64,000 bases of DNA from positions 83,824,001 through 83,888,000 of the forward strand of contig OX597827.1 of assembly GCA_951406725.2 (NCBI GenBank), read 5' to 3'. A model generated the notes under the pieces. That model was given only the letters and a program-made list of their open reading frames with translations. It was not told the DNA's origin and ran no database searches. The stretch is from Octopus vulgaris. Its lineage: Eukaryota. Positions 12,660-26,630 of this stretch are shown piece after piece (position 1 is the first letter of the stretch; each line of letters starts with the position of its first letter). The position numbers were made by a program, and so were the translations under genes.

Positions 12660-13321
12660 TCGCATATAATACTAGAAATATATACATGGAAAAATATAGG
12701 CATTGGGCATCCATAACATCTATATACAAATATGCATACACACGCCCCTACACTTATTGCTACATATATAATGAGTGTATATGCATGCACACACACACAC
12801 GCACACACACATACATACATATATGTGTGTGTATGTGTAATACATATATGCATACATGCATGCATGTATGTATACGCACATGTTTTCTGTATATTTGTGT
12901 ATATGTACATGCATACACACGTCACCATACAAACGCTCATACAAGCATATATGTGTGTGTGTGTGTGTGTGTGTATGCATGCATAAGCCCCATAAATACA
13001 CACAAAACAGAGATTTACATGTCTGTTTGCACCCGTATTTACACATAATATGTATGCAAAGTTCGTTGCACGCAGACACACCCATCTACACGCAGCTATC
13101 AATGCTTACACACACATACATATTTGTATATATATACATATGTATATATGTCTTATAAATATATATGAGCACATCACAAAATACACATATCTTGCGCACG
13201 CAAGTCTATAAAAACCAATATCAATGTTATGTCCGTCCACATAAAAATACGGCCATATTAAGATACTGTCGCTGTTATCAGCTTCCTTCCCCGCCATACG
13301 CCCACAAAACGCATTATCACG

Positions 13322-13398
<77 letters not shown>

Positions 13399-13899
13399 CG
13401 CACACACACATACACACATACGTGTGTGTGCCTCAGACTCGCCACCCTTTTGCTGTCGTCTGCAGCCCGCTTCTTTACCAATTTCAGCGACGACAACTCA
13501 CAACCAACGCCGCCATTTAACAAAGATGGCAGCCACAGAAATTATCGCCTCTTTTCCCCAATCTCCGCCATCGCTACAAATTGATGTCGAACCAATAAAT
13601 ATAAAAGGATAAACCAATAAATAAAACAGAAATCTGTGCAGAAACAAAATAAATGTAACAGCAGCAACAACAAAAAAAAAAAAGCAAGTAAACAACGTAG
13701 AAAATGAGAAAATTTGGGCTAAAAAATATATCATTGCTTAATATCTACATTAAAAATGTGAGGGGAAAGTTCAGACGGATCGAAATAACTAATAAATCTT
13801 TTATTCTTTGCTGTTGTGGTTGTTGCTGCTGCAGTTGCAGTCGTTGTAGTTGATACTGTTATTGCTTATGTTTGTAATCGTTGTTGGTGGTGATGCTGA

Positions 13900-14040
13900 T
13901 GTTTAGCCCCAGGTCAGTCCTCATCCAATAAGATCTATGGTTAAAGGCATTCCGACTACGAACATCCCGTCTTTTTCCTATGCTTAAGGAACTCAGGATT
14001 ACATGTATCCATCCTTTCGTCTCCTAAGACGATAGGATGC
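13900..14040 (-). repeat. Old dispersed repeat with an (AAC)n tail; related copies at about 16775-16930, 20490-20560, 29715-29870 and 63835-63990
   Basis: Shared motifs across copies (cctgctagaaatag.agccaa and ctgacct.ggg..aa.caacaac). Heavily diverged. Confidence 0.55.
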
Positions 14041-14689
14041 AATTGTTGTTGCTGTTATTGTTGATGTTGTTGTTAGGTTTTCTCCACCACCATTGCTGCT
14101 CCTCCACCACCACCATCACGATCTTTCCTGCCAACAATTACAACAAAAACAACAGCAGAAACAAAATACGTCTGCTGCAGCCTTAGTTTTAACTGGGATT
14201 TCTCTGATATACATTGTCCATCGTTGAATTAAAATGTCTCAACCAGCCGACACAGCTGGATCTCACAAACGACATTGATGGCAACCAATGGTGGGGGTCT
14301 CTAACTGGTCGTCCGCGAACTAGAAATAATAGCAAAAGATTCCGGAAAAATCACACTTTTCTCTTTTCAAACAAAGGACGTTGGCTCATGCAGCCTGAGT
14401 TTCTTACATCAGATGATCACGACTGACCTGTGGCCACCACCACTCTATGCCTAACACTGCTGCTCTTTGGTGCCAACTATATCAGGTCCCTAAACCCTTT
14501 AACAAATCAATGACAAACATTTTAGCAAATAAAAAAAATTCCTCCAAAATGGGTCTCATTTTTCAAAATTTATTATTTAAAAAAAAATATTTCCCAGTTT
14601 TTGTTTGTAACAAATGTTGTGTCGTGGTTTTTATGCCAAATTCATGATGTGTAGTGGTGCTTATTCTTTCTCTTGAAACTTATTATATA

Positions 14690-15095
14690 GGCACAGGCGT
14701 GGCTGTATGATAATAAGCTTGCTACCCAATCACATGGTTCAGGGCTCAGTTCCACTGCGTGGCACCTTGGGCAAATGTCTTCTATTATAGTCTCCGGCCG
14801 TCTAAAGCCTTGTGAGTGGATTTGGTAGACGGAAACTGAAAGAAGCCCGTCGTATATGTGTGTGTGTGTGAGTGCATGTGCATGCGCGTGTCTTTGTGTC
14901 TGTGTTTGTTTCGCTTGAAACCGGTGTTGTATTTATGTTCCTGTAGCTTAGCGGTTCGGCAAAAGAGACCGATAGGATAAGTAACTGACTTGAAAGCTTT
15001 AAAATAAGTCCTGGGGTCGATTCATTCTAATGAAAGTCCTTCAAGGCGGTGCAGCCCCAGCATGGTTGCAATCTAAAGACTGAAACAAGTATAAA
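14690..15095 (+). mobile_element. SINE family A, full length
   Basis: tRNA-like head, CORE-like segment, internal (GT)n, and 3' tail ggcggtgcagccccagcatggttgcaatctaaagactgaaacaag. Confidence 0.88.
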
Positions 15096-15769
15096 ATAAC
15101 AAACAAACAAAAACACACTTTGTTGAATATTTTAAATTTAGTCCAATAATTCCAAAGCAAAATATGTTGTCTTGGAAACCTTTTCACAATTCTACAATAG
15201 TTGTGAATGATTTCAGGTCAAACGTTCCTCAAATCCTTTTCTAGTCTTAAAGTAAGTTGCTTTACTCCTAGATGCACAATGACCAAAAAAGAAAGAAACA
15301 ACAGAATGATCAGAGCTGGAAAGTCTTTGTCCAGGGCTCTGTTCATTAAAGGTTGACCTATGGTTAAACCGTTGATCTTGTTGTCCCTTTCTACTCACCG
15401 GCCTCTCCTCCTTCCTCTCACCCCCACTAACCGCTGCGCCCAATCCTTCCGCCTCAGCACCCCACTATATATACTCCACCTTCAGTCTTTCACTTACAGT
15501 TGTTAAAGACGAAAGTTAATCACGTACTTCTATATCGGTAGTGGTGGTCACTTTTGGTTAAACTGAGACAATGGCTAGATTAGTTGTAAGGCTCTTCAAT
15601 GTTGTTGTCGACCTCAACACCTGATACAAAAGACCTATCATCAAAGAAGTTCCCACTGTGACCATCACGTCTTTTGTTCAAAACTACAGATATCTCCGCC
15701 TCCCACCGCTGTTGTTTCTCAATACATATACGCAAACACACACACACACACATATGCTATATATATGCG

Positions 15770-15806
<37 letters not shown>

Positions 15807-15958
15807 ATACACACACATGCAAACATACAAGTGCAGACACACACACACATATATATACATGTGTGTGTATAGTTTTCTTCCTCATCTAATTACTTTCTCT
15901 TTCTCCATCTCTCTACTGACTACGCCCTCCTTTCTTACCCCCTTTCTCTCCTATTTTG

Positions 15959-15989
<31 letters not shown>

Positions 15990-16696
15990 GTCTGTCTGTG
16001 TCTGTCTGTCTGTATGTCACCTGGCTCCCCGTCTCCAATGCCCACTAGTCCCCCGTCTCCACGTCCACCCACCCCCTAAACCCATCCACCCCTACCTAAT
16101 CAGTTATTCTCCCCCAATATTCTATCTCATTAATAATTCCCAGATATTTCAACATTTCCTTGACATTCCCCAAAGACTTTATTCAAATTTTCCAACAACT
16201 CTAATCCCAAATCGTCCATATCTAACCCCTGCATTTCTATTCCATTTTCACCAAACCCCTAACTCTTATCCAACAGACAACATCTGCCTTCAAGAATGCA
16301 GTCTCCTTTCCCCCTGCCCCACGGTGGGATGCCGTGAAGTGTGTCGCTTTAAGAGAAGGTCTCTGGATCGATCCCACATAGAATGACAAGTCAATCCCAA
16401 GAAAAGCCAGATTATGTCAATCACGGATTTACAAGGCTTTCCTTTATAATCTATTCGTTATCTGTGCACCACATCACCCCACCACCTCACATCTCACCGC
16501 TCCTCCATTGCACCCCTACTCCCGCATTCTCTCTCTCCCTCTCCCTCTTTCTCTCTTTCATCTGCTTTTTACTCTTACTCTTTCTACTTCTCTACATCCC
16601 TATTAGATCTACCTGCCTGTCTGTTTGTCTGCCTGCATGCCTGTCTATCTCCCTCTCTTCCTCTTTCTCTATATCTGTCTGCCTATTTCTACCCCG

Positions 16697-16730
<34 letters not shown>

Positions 16731-17440
16731 TCTCTCTTCACCTCTTATATTTATTCTTCCCATCAACTCAATATACGATTACTCGACCTGCTAGAAATAG
16801 TAGCCAAATCTCCCCCCAAACCACACCTTCATACAGAGGAGACGTAGATAAAAGAGTCCTTCATATCCTTTATTAAAAGATTGGATGGTCACGATTGGAA
16901 TGCTTTCGACCATACATCTGTCTCAGGTGTTAATCAGCAACAAGCCCCGCCTGTTATAGCCTGTATTTACTCTCGTTGTTTACTATTACGGGTTGACACT
17001 ATCCAACCGAACATTATAAACAATATATCTTCTCTCTCTACCCAACTCCATATATATTAGAGTTAAGCCTAACGGATCAAGGAGCCTCCTAAAAAGAGCA
17101 GCCAAATCCATTTCATGTCACTCCTATCTTTTAACTGTTCCACTTACAAATTGTAATTTTCCAGTTAATCGATGACTTTGTTTTACTCAGAAACCATGGT
17201 TTTTATTACTCAGATACTTTAGTAACATAAGGCACACGCGCGCAATTATTGTTGTTGTTAAAGAAGCGTGCTGGCTAAAACGTAAGAGCCACGAAGACTT
17301 ATTGACATTCCAGGTGTGGCCATCCCGCTTTTATTTCTGTCAGAGCATCTTGGAGAACATCTAATGTGCTCTTCCGTTTTTTTAAGAATATTACTGAGTG
17401 GTATGAAACAAAACATCGAAATTTCAGCGATAGATCACCC

Positions 17441-17479
<39 letters not shown>

Positions 17480-17554
17480 GTTAGCCGTACCCCAACGTGC
17501 AAAGTCAACTCTCCTCACGGCACACGATTTCACCTTAACATATATACATACATA

Positions 17555-18130
17555 CTGACATCCGCAAAAACGACTGTCCTGAAATAAACTTAGAAAATCC
17601 CTCTGTTATGGAATACATTCATAAACGCCAACTCAAGGAATACTGGCGGAATATTCCCATCAAAGCTTCCGTCAAATGTAAGCACGACAGGCCAGATATT
17701 GTTGTTTGGGAGAGAGGGGCAAAGCTATGTACCATCATAGAGGTTAGCTGCCCGGCAGATATAAATATCTCTCTGAAAATCAAAGAAGAGGATATCTATG
17801 GACAACTGCTTCGAAACCTCCAGTTTCTATATCCAGACTATGAATTCATATTCATACCAATAATAATTGGAGCACTAGGTTTTGTTAGTAAATACTTAAA
17901 GGAGAATCTGGATAAACTGGGATTTTCAGAAAGAGAAATTGACTGGCTGATCTGTACATTACAAGTCCAATCTGTGAGTGGAACAGTAAAAATATGCAAG
18001 ACTTTTCTCAAGTTCAAATGTGAATTTGTCTGTGTTAATTACATCCCAAAGATGGATCCTTGTATCTTTGTTGGAAATCAGCTCCCTCCTTAGTGGAAGG
18101 AAGATTTATAATAAGTAAAAAAAATAGAAG
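17555..18130 (+). mobile_element. R4/Dong-clade LINE 3' end with REL endonuclease domain
   Basis: ORF 17608..18093: KCKHDRPDIVVWE...IIEVSCPADIN...IPIIIGALG...GTVKICKTFLKF carries the RPD...E restriction-like endonuclease signature. Confidence 0.88.
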
Positions 18131-18139
18131 AGACATACA

Positions 18140-18465
18140 TGCCTGCCTACCTACCTACCTACCTACCTACCTACCTACCTACTTACCTACCTACCTACTT
18201 ACCTACCTACCTACCTACTTACCTACATACATACCTACCTACCTACCTACCTACCTACCTACCTACTTACCTACTACCTACCTACATACCTACGTACGTA
18301 CGTACCTACCTACCTACCTACCTACCTACTTACCTACATACCTACCTACCTACCTACCTACCTACCTACCTACCTACCTACCTACCTACCTACCTACCTA
18401 CCTACCTACCTACCTACCTACCTACCTACCTACCTACCTACCTACCTACCTACCTACCTACCTAC
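18140..18465. repeat. (CCTA)n/(TAGG)n tetranucleotide microsatellite
   Basis: About 325 bp of ctac-ctac repeats; source of the PTYL ORFs. Confidence 0.95.
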
Positions 18466-18921
18466 GAGGTTCTGTTCGGGCACCGGCAAAGAACCCTCTG
18501 ATCTCCAAGAAGAATCAAAGAGACCACTGTTCTTCTGTCCAAACGAAAATGTCGCCTGGACAGAAGAACAGTGGTCGCAGGTTCATTTTAGCAATGAATT
18601 GAAGTTCAATGTGACTGGTTCTGATGGCTGGATGTACGTCCGACGAGGAAGTGGCAACAGGTTATCTCGTGCATGTGTGAATAAGACAGTATGGTATGGG
18701 TAGTGATATCTGCTGCTGGTTCTGGTCCATTTATTCGCCTACAATGGACTGTCAATGATGAAATCTACAAGTAAATTCTTAGACAGCATGTCCTTCTACA
18801 TCTCCGATCCTCGTTAGTTCAACCTCCTATCTTCGTGCAGGACAACGTCCCCCCCCCCTTGTCATACTGTGAAGAGAATCAGATTTTTTGAATGATGTAG
18901 GGGTTGGTCTCATGGACTGGC

Positions 18922-18923
<2 letters not shown>
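18466..18923 (+). mobile_element. Tc1-family transposase relic
   Basis: Broken translation NPLISKKNQR / WTEEQWSQVHFSNELKFNVTGSDG / MVWVVISAAGSGP / IFVQDNVP..CHT / LMDWP matches the Tc1 motifs FSDESKF, FQQDNAPCH and WP. Confidence 0.85.
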
Positions 18924-18961
<38 letters not shown>

Positions 18962-19044
18962 CTAACTCTCACTGCCTGGAATCTTGGGGTTAGTAGCCTG
19001 CACTCTTAACCACTACGCCATATGCCCGTAAGCAACTATGGAGT

Positions 19045-19635
19045 GAGTTTTAACGCTTATAAATATAATATTCTCCTATCCTTCCTTAATACCGATTCCC
19101 ATATGCTGTTCATATCTGCACTCAGTCTGCTTAGGAGGTTGTTGTGTCCTAGCATATGCGCTGATGCTTTTAGTTTTCGTATTTTCCAGTGGTGTTCTCT
19201 GTCTATTATTTTAACTTCATCCCACAGGTGGGGAGGTGGTCTCCATTTTTCCATACATGATCAGCTATACCCGATTTATCAATATCTCCCCGTGTCACAG
19301 CTTTGCGATGTTCCTCTACCTGTATTTTGAGGGCGCGGCATGTTCCGCCTTTGTATAAACTACCACAGCTGCATGGGATGGAGTACACGCAGTTCTTAGT
19401 CATATTCTCTTCTGTTGGTGGTTTTATTCGAAGGAGATATTTGCGAATACTGATCTGATGTCATATGGGCCACATATCTTTTGTATCTTTTCAGAGAGGC
19501 CTTTCACATAGGGTAGACAGACTGTGGACAGTTTATTGGTTTCATTCTATCTTTTCTTCATAATTGGAGTGGAGAGTATGCTTTTGGGGTAGTTGTTGCT
19601 TAATAGATTGTTACTGAGTTTGATCATTTCATTAC
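19045..19635 (-). mobile_element. Penelope-like element relic (RT C-terminal region and GIY-YIG endonuclease)
   Basis: TVCLPYVKGLSEKIQKI, then KNCVYSIPCSCGSLYKGGTCRALK...EHRKA...SGIADHVW, then WDEVKIIDREHHWKIRKLK. Frameshifted. Confidence 0.88.
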
Positions 19636-19900
19636 AACTCTAAGGTTGTACCCTGTGAAATTTATAGTTTAGCATATGTGGAATCCCCTGTTCACTGTAG
19701 GTTTCTAAATAAACAGAAATACCTAATAAAATCAACATGGATCACCTTACTGTTTCTTTTGTCTCTTCATTGATTGTACGTTTTAAAAATTATTTTTGAA
19801 TTTGCTATATTTGCGTGTTTACTTTATGCGTATTTCAGTATTATGTATACCTGTCGTGTATTTGCGTACATCATTAATATATAAGAGTGTGTGTGTGTGT

Positions 19901-20426
19901 GAAAAGGGGGCGTCTGTCTCCAAAACTCCAAAGTTGAGTAACGTTTTCATGCTTGGATTTGTAAACTACGATAAGAATAACACTGGTCAACAAAGAATTT
20001 GTCCCCAAAATATATGAAATAGAAACTATGTAAAAATACCAACACACAGAAGCACAGAAAAATATGTAATATGCTAACACAGAGAAAAATTAAAACAAAA
20101 TACGTGGGTGACAAGAATCTCGTGGTGTGAAGAAGAATCAAGACGGAACAACGCGCGGCACAGACACAGGTGAAGTGAAACACAGCGTGTGATTGTCATG
20201 GTAACAAGTTGCTAATGCAACGCTGTCTGTTGATTGGTTAAAATTACCCAAATTTCCCAACTTTAATTCCTAATAACATCAAATTCTTTAATTTACGAGA
20301 TAAAGTAATTGCTCGATCGTAATCAAAATTCAGTTGCATCGATACACCGAAATTGAAAGCATTCTGAGCAAAATTAGGGAGGGGGGGGGCTCATTGTGCG
20401 AATGAAACTTACTAGACCCCCTTTTC
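19901..20426. mobile_element. Candidate MITE with short TIRs
   Basis: Left gaaaagggggcgtct, right agacccccttttc (reverse complement gaaaagggggtct). Internal attggttaaaatt motif is shared with the 5157-6301 element. Confidence 0.4.
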
Positions 20427-21350
20427 TCTCTCTTTTTTTTTTTAATCTATCAGGATGTATTCTAACCTGCGTATTCTCCTTTAAGTCGATAAAGCGTGTG
20501 ATTCAAAGGCGATTTGGTTGCTATTTCCAGCAGGTGCATCGTCTAGGGAGAGGTTCCCTCATTATCTCAGTATGATGTTTATAGTGACCACCACCACTCT
20601 GTAGGACAATCCACAGTTAATACATTTGCTCACTGCGGCCCTGTCAATCAACCTCATTATCTCAGTGTTATGTGTGATACTGACCACCACCACTCTATGA
20701 CACTAACTCCCACCGTGGGGGTCAGTCAGCTGTGACTGACACTGGTTACACTTGGCTAATTTCTCTCAATATAAATGTCTTCAATAATTCATTAACGCTG
20801 TTGTTCTTCTTACCATATGGAAGAGGGAGGCGGCGGTGGTGGTGTATGCGCGCGCGCGCACACACATGACCATGTATATATACTTAAACGTACACATGTA
20901 CATACACAAACACGTACACATACACACACACGCATATACGTACACACGTACGAGACAACTTTAAGAGGTTAAAAATAGGACATTTGAGAGAAACTACTTT
21001 AAATTCATTTTTGATATTCCTTATCCCCCCTCCCCTTGAATGTTCCCCATGTCGTGTGCAGTGGTCGTGGTGGGACCCCATCTACCTCTCGTCTATTCAT
21101 ATATCTATCTGTTATCTATCAACAATATCTACCTATCTGTCTGTCTATCTACATACATACACATATACACACATATATGTATGCATGAATGTATGTATCT
21201 ACACACGCGCACACACATACACACACACAATTTTGGGCATGGAGTTAGCAAAGGTTTCGTATCCACAAAGCCAAGGCCTTGTGGACAGCTCGTCAGACTT
21301 TATACAAAGACAAAAAATTTAAACTGTATGTATGTATGTATGTATGTGTG

Positions 21351-22208
21351 TCATCATCATCGTTTAACGTCCTTTTCCATGCTAGCATGGGTTGGACGAT
21401 TTGACTGAGGACTGGCGAACCAGATGGCTGCATCAGGCTCCAATCTGATCTGGCAGAGTTTCTACAGCTGGATGCCCTTCCTAACGTCAACCACTCCGAG
21501 AGTGTAGTGGGTGCTTTTTCGAGCCACCAGCACGAGGGCCAGTCAGGCGGTACTGGCAACGGCCACGCTCAAATGGTGATTTTTACGTGCCACCTGCACA
21601 AGAGCCAGTCCAGCGGCACTGGCAACGATCTCGCTCGAATGTTTTTTCACGTGCCACCGGCACAGAAGCCAGTCAGCTACTCTGGCAACGATGGTGCTCT
21701 TAGCGTTCCACTGGCATGGGTGCCAGTCATCGAATTTGATTCGATTTCGATTTCACTTGCCTCGACAGGTCTTCGCAAGCAGAGTTTAGTGTCCAATGAA
21801 GGAAAGGTACGCAGAAGTGGGCTGGTTACAGCCCTGGCATAGGCCACGGGTTATGGTTTCACTTGGCTTGCCGAGTCTTCTCACGCACTGCATATTTCCA
21901 AAGGTCTCGGTCACTAGTCATTGTCTCGGTGAGGCCTAATGTTTGTAGGTCGTGCTTTACCACCTCATCCCAGGTCTTTCTGGGTCTACCTCTTCCACAG
22001 GTGACCTCAACCGCTAGGGTGTGGCACTTTTTCACACAGTTATCCTCATCCATTCTCGCCACATGACTATACCAGCACAGTCGTCTCTCTTGCACACTAC
22101 ATCTGATGCTTCTTGGGTCCAACTTTTCTCTCAAGGCACTTACACTCTGTTGAACATGCACATAGACATTACACATCCATAGGAGCATACTGGCTTCATT
22201 CCTTGCGA
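21351..22208 (-). mobile_element. RTE-clade LINE, 5'-truncated
   Basis: ORF 21859..22293 encodes EASMLLWMC...ERRLCWYSHVARMDE...GRGRPRKTWDEVVKHDL...DRDLWK. About 500 bp of 3' UTR ends in (GAT)n. Confidence 0.9.
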
Positions 22209-22234
22209 TCGTGTGTGCATATATACATATCCAG

Positions 22235-22288
<54 letters not shown>

Positions 22289-22293
<5 letters not shown>

Positions 22294-23017
22294 CCAACAA
22301 CATCAGAGACTTGGGAGTAATTGTAGGCAAAATCATAAGCTGGGCCACTCATTTAAACAGCAAAGTTGACATGGCCCACAGAATGTGTTCCTGGATTCTC
22401 AGAAATTTCCAGTCGAGAGATATCCTCACCATTATCCGTCTCTTCTCCACTTTTGCCCGACCCCACCTTGAATACTGTTGTCCACTGTGGTCTCCCCAAA
22501 GTATCATGAAAGTTGAAGTACCTCAAAGGTCAATTACAAAAAAAAGATAGATGGCATGACAGGTCTTGAATATCGGGGTCGACTAGAAAAGCTCAAGCTT
22601 TATTCTCTCCACTGTCGCCGTGAGCGCTACACCATCTGCATCAGCATTGCCCAAATGATGTTGACATTACCTTTAAAATACACCCAAGGCTTGGGCCTCG
22701 CACTATCCGTCCACAACATAGATCACACTCGCATCTCAACAACAGTACGGCACAATTATTTCACCTCGATTGGTCCCGCTCCCTTTAACATTACATCAAA
22801 GCACATTAAAGCAGAAACAGACCCCATAAAGTGCGAGAAGTCTTTGGATAAATTCCTTCAAGAAATTCCGGATTAACCTCCTACACCCAGATATGTCTTC
22901 GTAAACTCTCTACTTGAATGGGCTATGTTGTCCGAATCGTGATTTGAATGACGTCGCTAGGTGGTGCTATTAAGTTCGACATGGCTTAGGTCAATACTGG
23001 CTGAAACCTATCAAAGT
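22289..23017 (+). mobile_element. CR1-clade LINE, 5'-truncated
   Basis: IRDLGVIV...WILRNFQSRD...RPHLEYCCPLWSP and YRGRLEKLKLYSLHCRRER...KSLDKFLQEIPD. Confidence 0.88.
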
Positions 23018-23146
23018 ATATATATATGACACTCACACATATAAATAGATAGATGGAGGGATAGGCAGACAGACAGGTTGATGGTTAGATAGATAAATAG
23101 ATAGATAGGTAGATAGACAGAGAGATAGATAGGTAGATGGATAGAT

Positions 23147-23185
<39 letters not shown>

Positions 23186-23189
23186 CATG

Positions 23190-23220
<31 letters not shown>

Positions 23221-23415
23221 TGTATGTATGTATGTATGTATGTACGTATAAGAGAATCAATCGGTTTAACTCCTGCCCCGAAATTGCCTGTGAAGGCCCA
23301 AGATTCGAAACCAATTTCAACTGAAGGCCTACGCCATACTTTTCAGTTGAATATATTTTAATTTAAGAAGGAAAAGGTTAACAGGAACTTTGAAGTTCCG
23401 ACTTGCTCGCTTTCT

Positions 23416-23449
23416 TGTGCCTGACGAAACTTCGAAACTTTGTAGTCAT
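23416..23449 (+). ncRNA. Hammerhead-like motif with intact core boxes but collapsed stem II
   Basis: CTGACGA-aacttc-GAAAC-ttt-GTA (23421-23444). Confidence 0.3.
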
Positions 23450-23886
23450 TGTTTTCTTGGAAAACTTTGATATACACACATGCATTTATACACCCTCCAC
23501 ACACACTCAACGAAGAGTATTTAGTGTATATAGGCAATGTATACAGTATTTGGTGTGTTTTGGGACTAAATGTCTTTTTTCAGGTTCCTTCGTATAATGT
23601 ATGTAATGGGGTCATGGGGTGTGAATGGTGGTGGTGGTGGTGGTGGTGGTAATGAGAAATCTCATTCCTATCCCCCACTCCACTGCCAAACCAATGACTC
23701 AACTCCGGAAGATTCTATCTTAATTAGTAATGATAGTTCTGGTGAGAGAGAGAGAGAGAGAGGCGACACACAGACAGCTAGCCACAGTGACAGACAGACA
23801 GACATACATTCAAACGGAAATACAAAGACAGACACACACACAGACAGAGATGGGCCAAGAGGACAGTGACAGATTGACTGATAAAC

Positions 23887-23922
<36 letters not shown>

Positions 23923-24026
23923 CAAACATATGCGCGTGTGTAGATATATATCTGTTTACACACACGCACACATATACTTATGTATACGCACACATGTATT
24001 ATGTATAAAGGGGTTTGTGTATGTAC

Positions 24027-24069
<43 letters not shown>

Positions 24070-24299
24070 TATATTTACATACACAAAATCCCCTCATAAA
24101 TAATACATGTGTGTGTGTATGTGTGAGTGTGTGTGCGTGCGTGTGTGTATGTGTATGTATGTCTACACTCATGCACACACACACTCAGTAACCTCCAAAA
24201 ACATCACTCTACGTGGACACTCATTTGTACGCAAGTCCCAAAACAACATTCTCGTTTCTCTCTCTCTCACGCGCACGCGCATTTACATATATATATATA

Positions 24300-24677
24300 T
24301 ACAAAAGAGGGCTGTGAAGCCGTTGGAGCTCCAAGGTGAAACAGAAAATGTAAATTATGTCATAATTAGCAGCTGCCCCAAAAATTCATCCAGGTACTCC
24401 TCCTCGCTATGCGACGCAGCATTGACGCAAAAATATATATATACAATGCCATTCGGAAAAAATACTATCCTGGAATAAATACAGAGACCCCCCCCCCGCT
24501 GTTATTGAATATTATAGAGAAACAGCTACACAAGAAATACTGGTGGGTCATTCCCATCAAAACATCCATCAAGTGTAAACATGATAGGCTGAATATTGTC
24601 GTTTGGGAAAGAGACGAAAAAGTATGTGCCATCACAAAAGTCAGCTGTCCTTCTAATGTGAATATTTCTTTAATTTT

Positions 24678-24746
<69 letters not shown>

Positions 24747-25100
24747 ACTAGGGACAACTCTTTCAAAACCTCCAGCTTCTGCACCCAGATTATAAATTCA
24801 TATTTATATCAATGGCAACTGGAGCGCTTGGTTTTGAGAGGAAATGCCTAAGTGACGATTTGAATAAGCTAGGGTTTTCAGGAAAAGAAATCAACCCCCT
24901 TACACATTAATAAATACAATCTGCATGCGGAACAATATGAATATGCAAGACTTTCCTCAAGTTTAAAATGTGATATTGTTTGTATTATCAACATTCCAGC
25001 GATAAAGTTTTGTACTTTTGTTAGAAACCAGTTCCTTCTTCAGAGGAAGATATCTTTTGGTATAAATATCGCACTTTCAGGTGGTGAATAATTTTGTCTT
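24300..25100 (+). mobile_element. R4/Dong-clade LINE 3' end (same family as 17555-18130), split by (GA)n
   Basis: YWWVIPIKTSIKCKHDRLNIVVWERDEKVCAITKVSCP, and ICKTFLKFKM downstream of the (GA)n tract. Confidence 0.82.
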
Positions 25101-25221
25101 TGGGTATTAATACATCTTCTGTCGTTCTCTCTCTCTCTCTCTCTCACTCTTTCTCTGTGTCTCTGTCTATCCCCTACACTGTGTGTGTGTGTGTGTATGT
25201 GTGTGTGTGTGTGTGTGTATA

Positions 25222-25580
25222 TCTTTTCATCTTTCAATCATTGGATTGTGGCAATGCAGCACCGTCTCGAAGGATTTGTGGAGCAAATCGATGCCAGTAC
25301 TAATTTTTTGTAAGTGTGGTTCTTATTCTTTCGGGCTCTTTTACCGAGCCGCTAAGTTAGAGAGACATAAAGAAACCAACATATTCTTGGCAACCAGTGA
25401 CCATGGTGGAAAAAACGCAAACACTAAGACACCCACCCACTCACAGACACACGCGTGCACACTTACACACACATGCACATATACAACGGGCTTCCACATA
25501 GTTTCCGTGTACAAAATTCGCTCACAAGGTAGTGATCGGTCAAGGACTATCGTAGAAAACAGTAACCTCAAGCGCCGCAA
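25222..25580 (-). mobile_element. SINE family A, diverged
   Basis: Degenerate reverse-complement match to the body and tail (gcaaatcga; ccgctaagtt; gtttccgtgtacaaaattcgctcacaagg). Confidence 0.65.
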
Positions 25581-25609
25581 AGTTTGGGGCCCTCAGCCTT
25601 GGAAAACAT

Positions 25610-26060
25610 GCCATCGTCCAGACAACCAGCCCTGCAAATACCTCCAACCAGCACCTAATCTTTCACCTTTCCAACACATTTCTCGCTCAATTACATTTAT
25701 CTCAACCAGAGATCTTCATGTTCCTCGAAAATCAAGACAATGTGCCATATTTCCTGCACAGAAGTCTTTCAGATTCAAGCTTCAACGAACGTTTTACTTC
25801 CTCTCCACCACCACCACCACCACCTGCTGTGCATGTTGTAGGTGATCCCTTTTTCGATTACTCCTCCTCTCGATTGTTTCCCTTTACCACATGTAATTCC
25901 TCATGCATACGTATTTATATTTACGTACCTCTGTGTATGTGTCTATGTTTGTTTGTGTGTGTCCATCCGTTTCTCCTTACTCTGTTGAAGGATTTGTATC
26001 CGAAACGTTGCATACTTCTCAAACTGTTTCAATAGTGTTACTCTTATACCAATAATTATA
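25610..26060 (+). mobile_element. Penelope-like 3' end with downstream minimal hammerhead motif
   Basis: Peptide ...YFLHRSLSDSSFNERFT resembles the PLE GIY-YIG C-terminal L.P.G.NERF motif. CTGTTGA-A-GGAT-ttgt-ATCC-GAAACGTT follows at 25982-26009. Confidence 0.55.
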
Positions 26061-26169
26061 ACTGTTTTTCAGTGTAACCCATCATAAGATTGTGTGGTAG
26101 CAGCCTATTAAGCCAGGGTAACTGGCCAGTTGGAGCTAACGAGTTTGTTATCTTTTCCACATGACATCA

Positions 26170-26630
26170 TTGTGTATCACGGACCTAACTTGCTATATCT
26201 GCGTTACAATATGCTGTGACTGTGAAAGTGTTGTATGGATATTAACTTATGTTGTGTCACAAACAAATTTTGTGACTGTAATAAAATGTATCAAAGAAAC
26301 ATCTGGTTGAACTTGCAACATTGTCCTTTTTGAGATTGTGTTTAAGTGTATCACAGAAATATCTTATTCAAATTGTATCACATATGTATCTCTTTCATCT
26401 CTGTTACCGTGTAACATGGATGTATTTTGCAGTGACTGTCAGAGTGTGTAACTGATTTATCTTTCTAAGATTGTGTCACAAACATATCTTGTGACTAGTT
26501 AACAATGTATCGCAGACGCGTCTTGCCTGTTGTCTGTCACAAAACTTACAGAAATTGTGTCAGTGTGACGCCGATGTAACTCGCCAAGATAGTGTCACAG
26601 TATGTCATAGACAGAGCTGTGACATTTCTC
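26170..26630. repeat. Degenerate minisatellite (about 30-35 bp units, TGTATCACA/TGTGTCACA core)
   Basis: Recurrent gtgtatcacaga..tatctt and gattgtgtcaca words. Segments at about 26253-26306 and 26472-26525 are clear paralogues. Confidence 0.55.

Noticed and set aside
18140-18465. (TAGG)n as interstitial telomere
   Set aside because: The unit is not TTAGGG or TTAGG; ordinary tetranucleotide microsatellite.
26170-26630. CRISPR-like array
   Set aside because: No identical repeats with unique spacers, eukaryotic context, and no cas genes.
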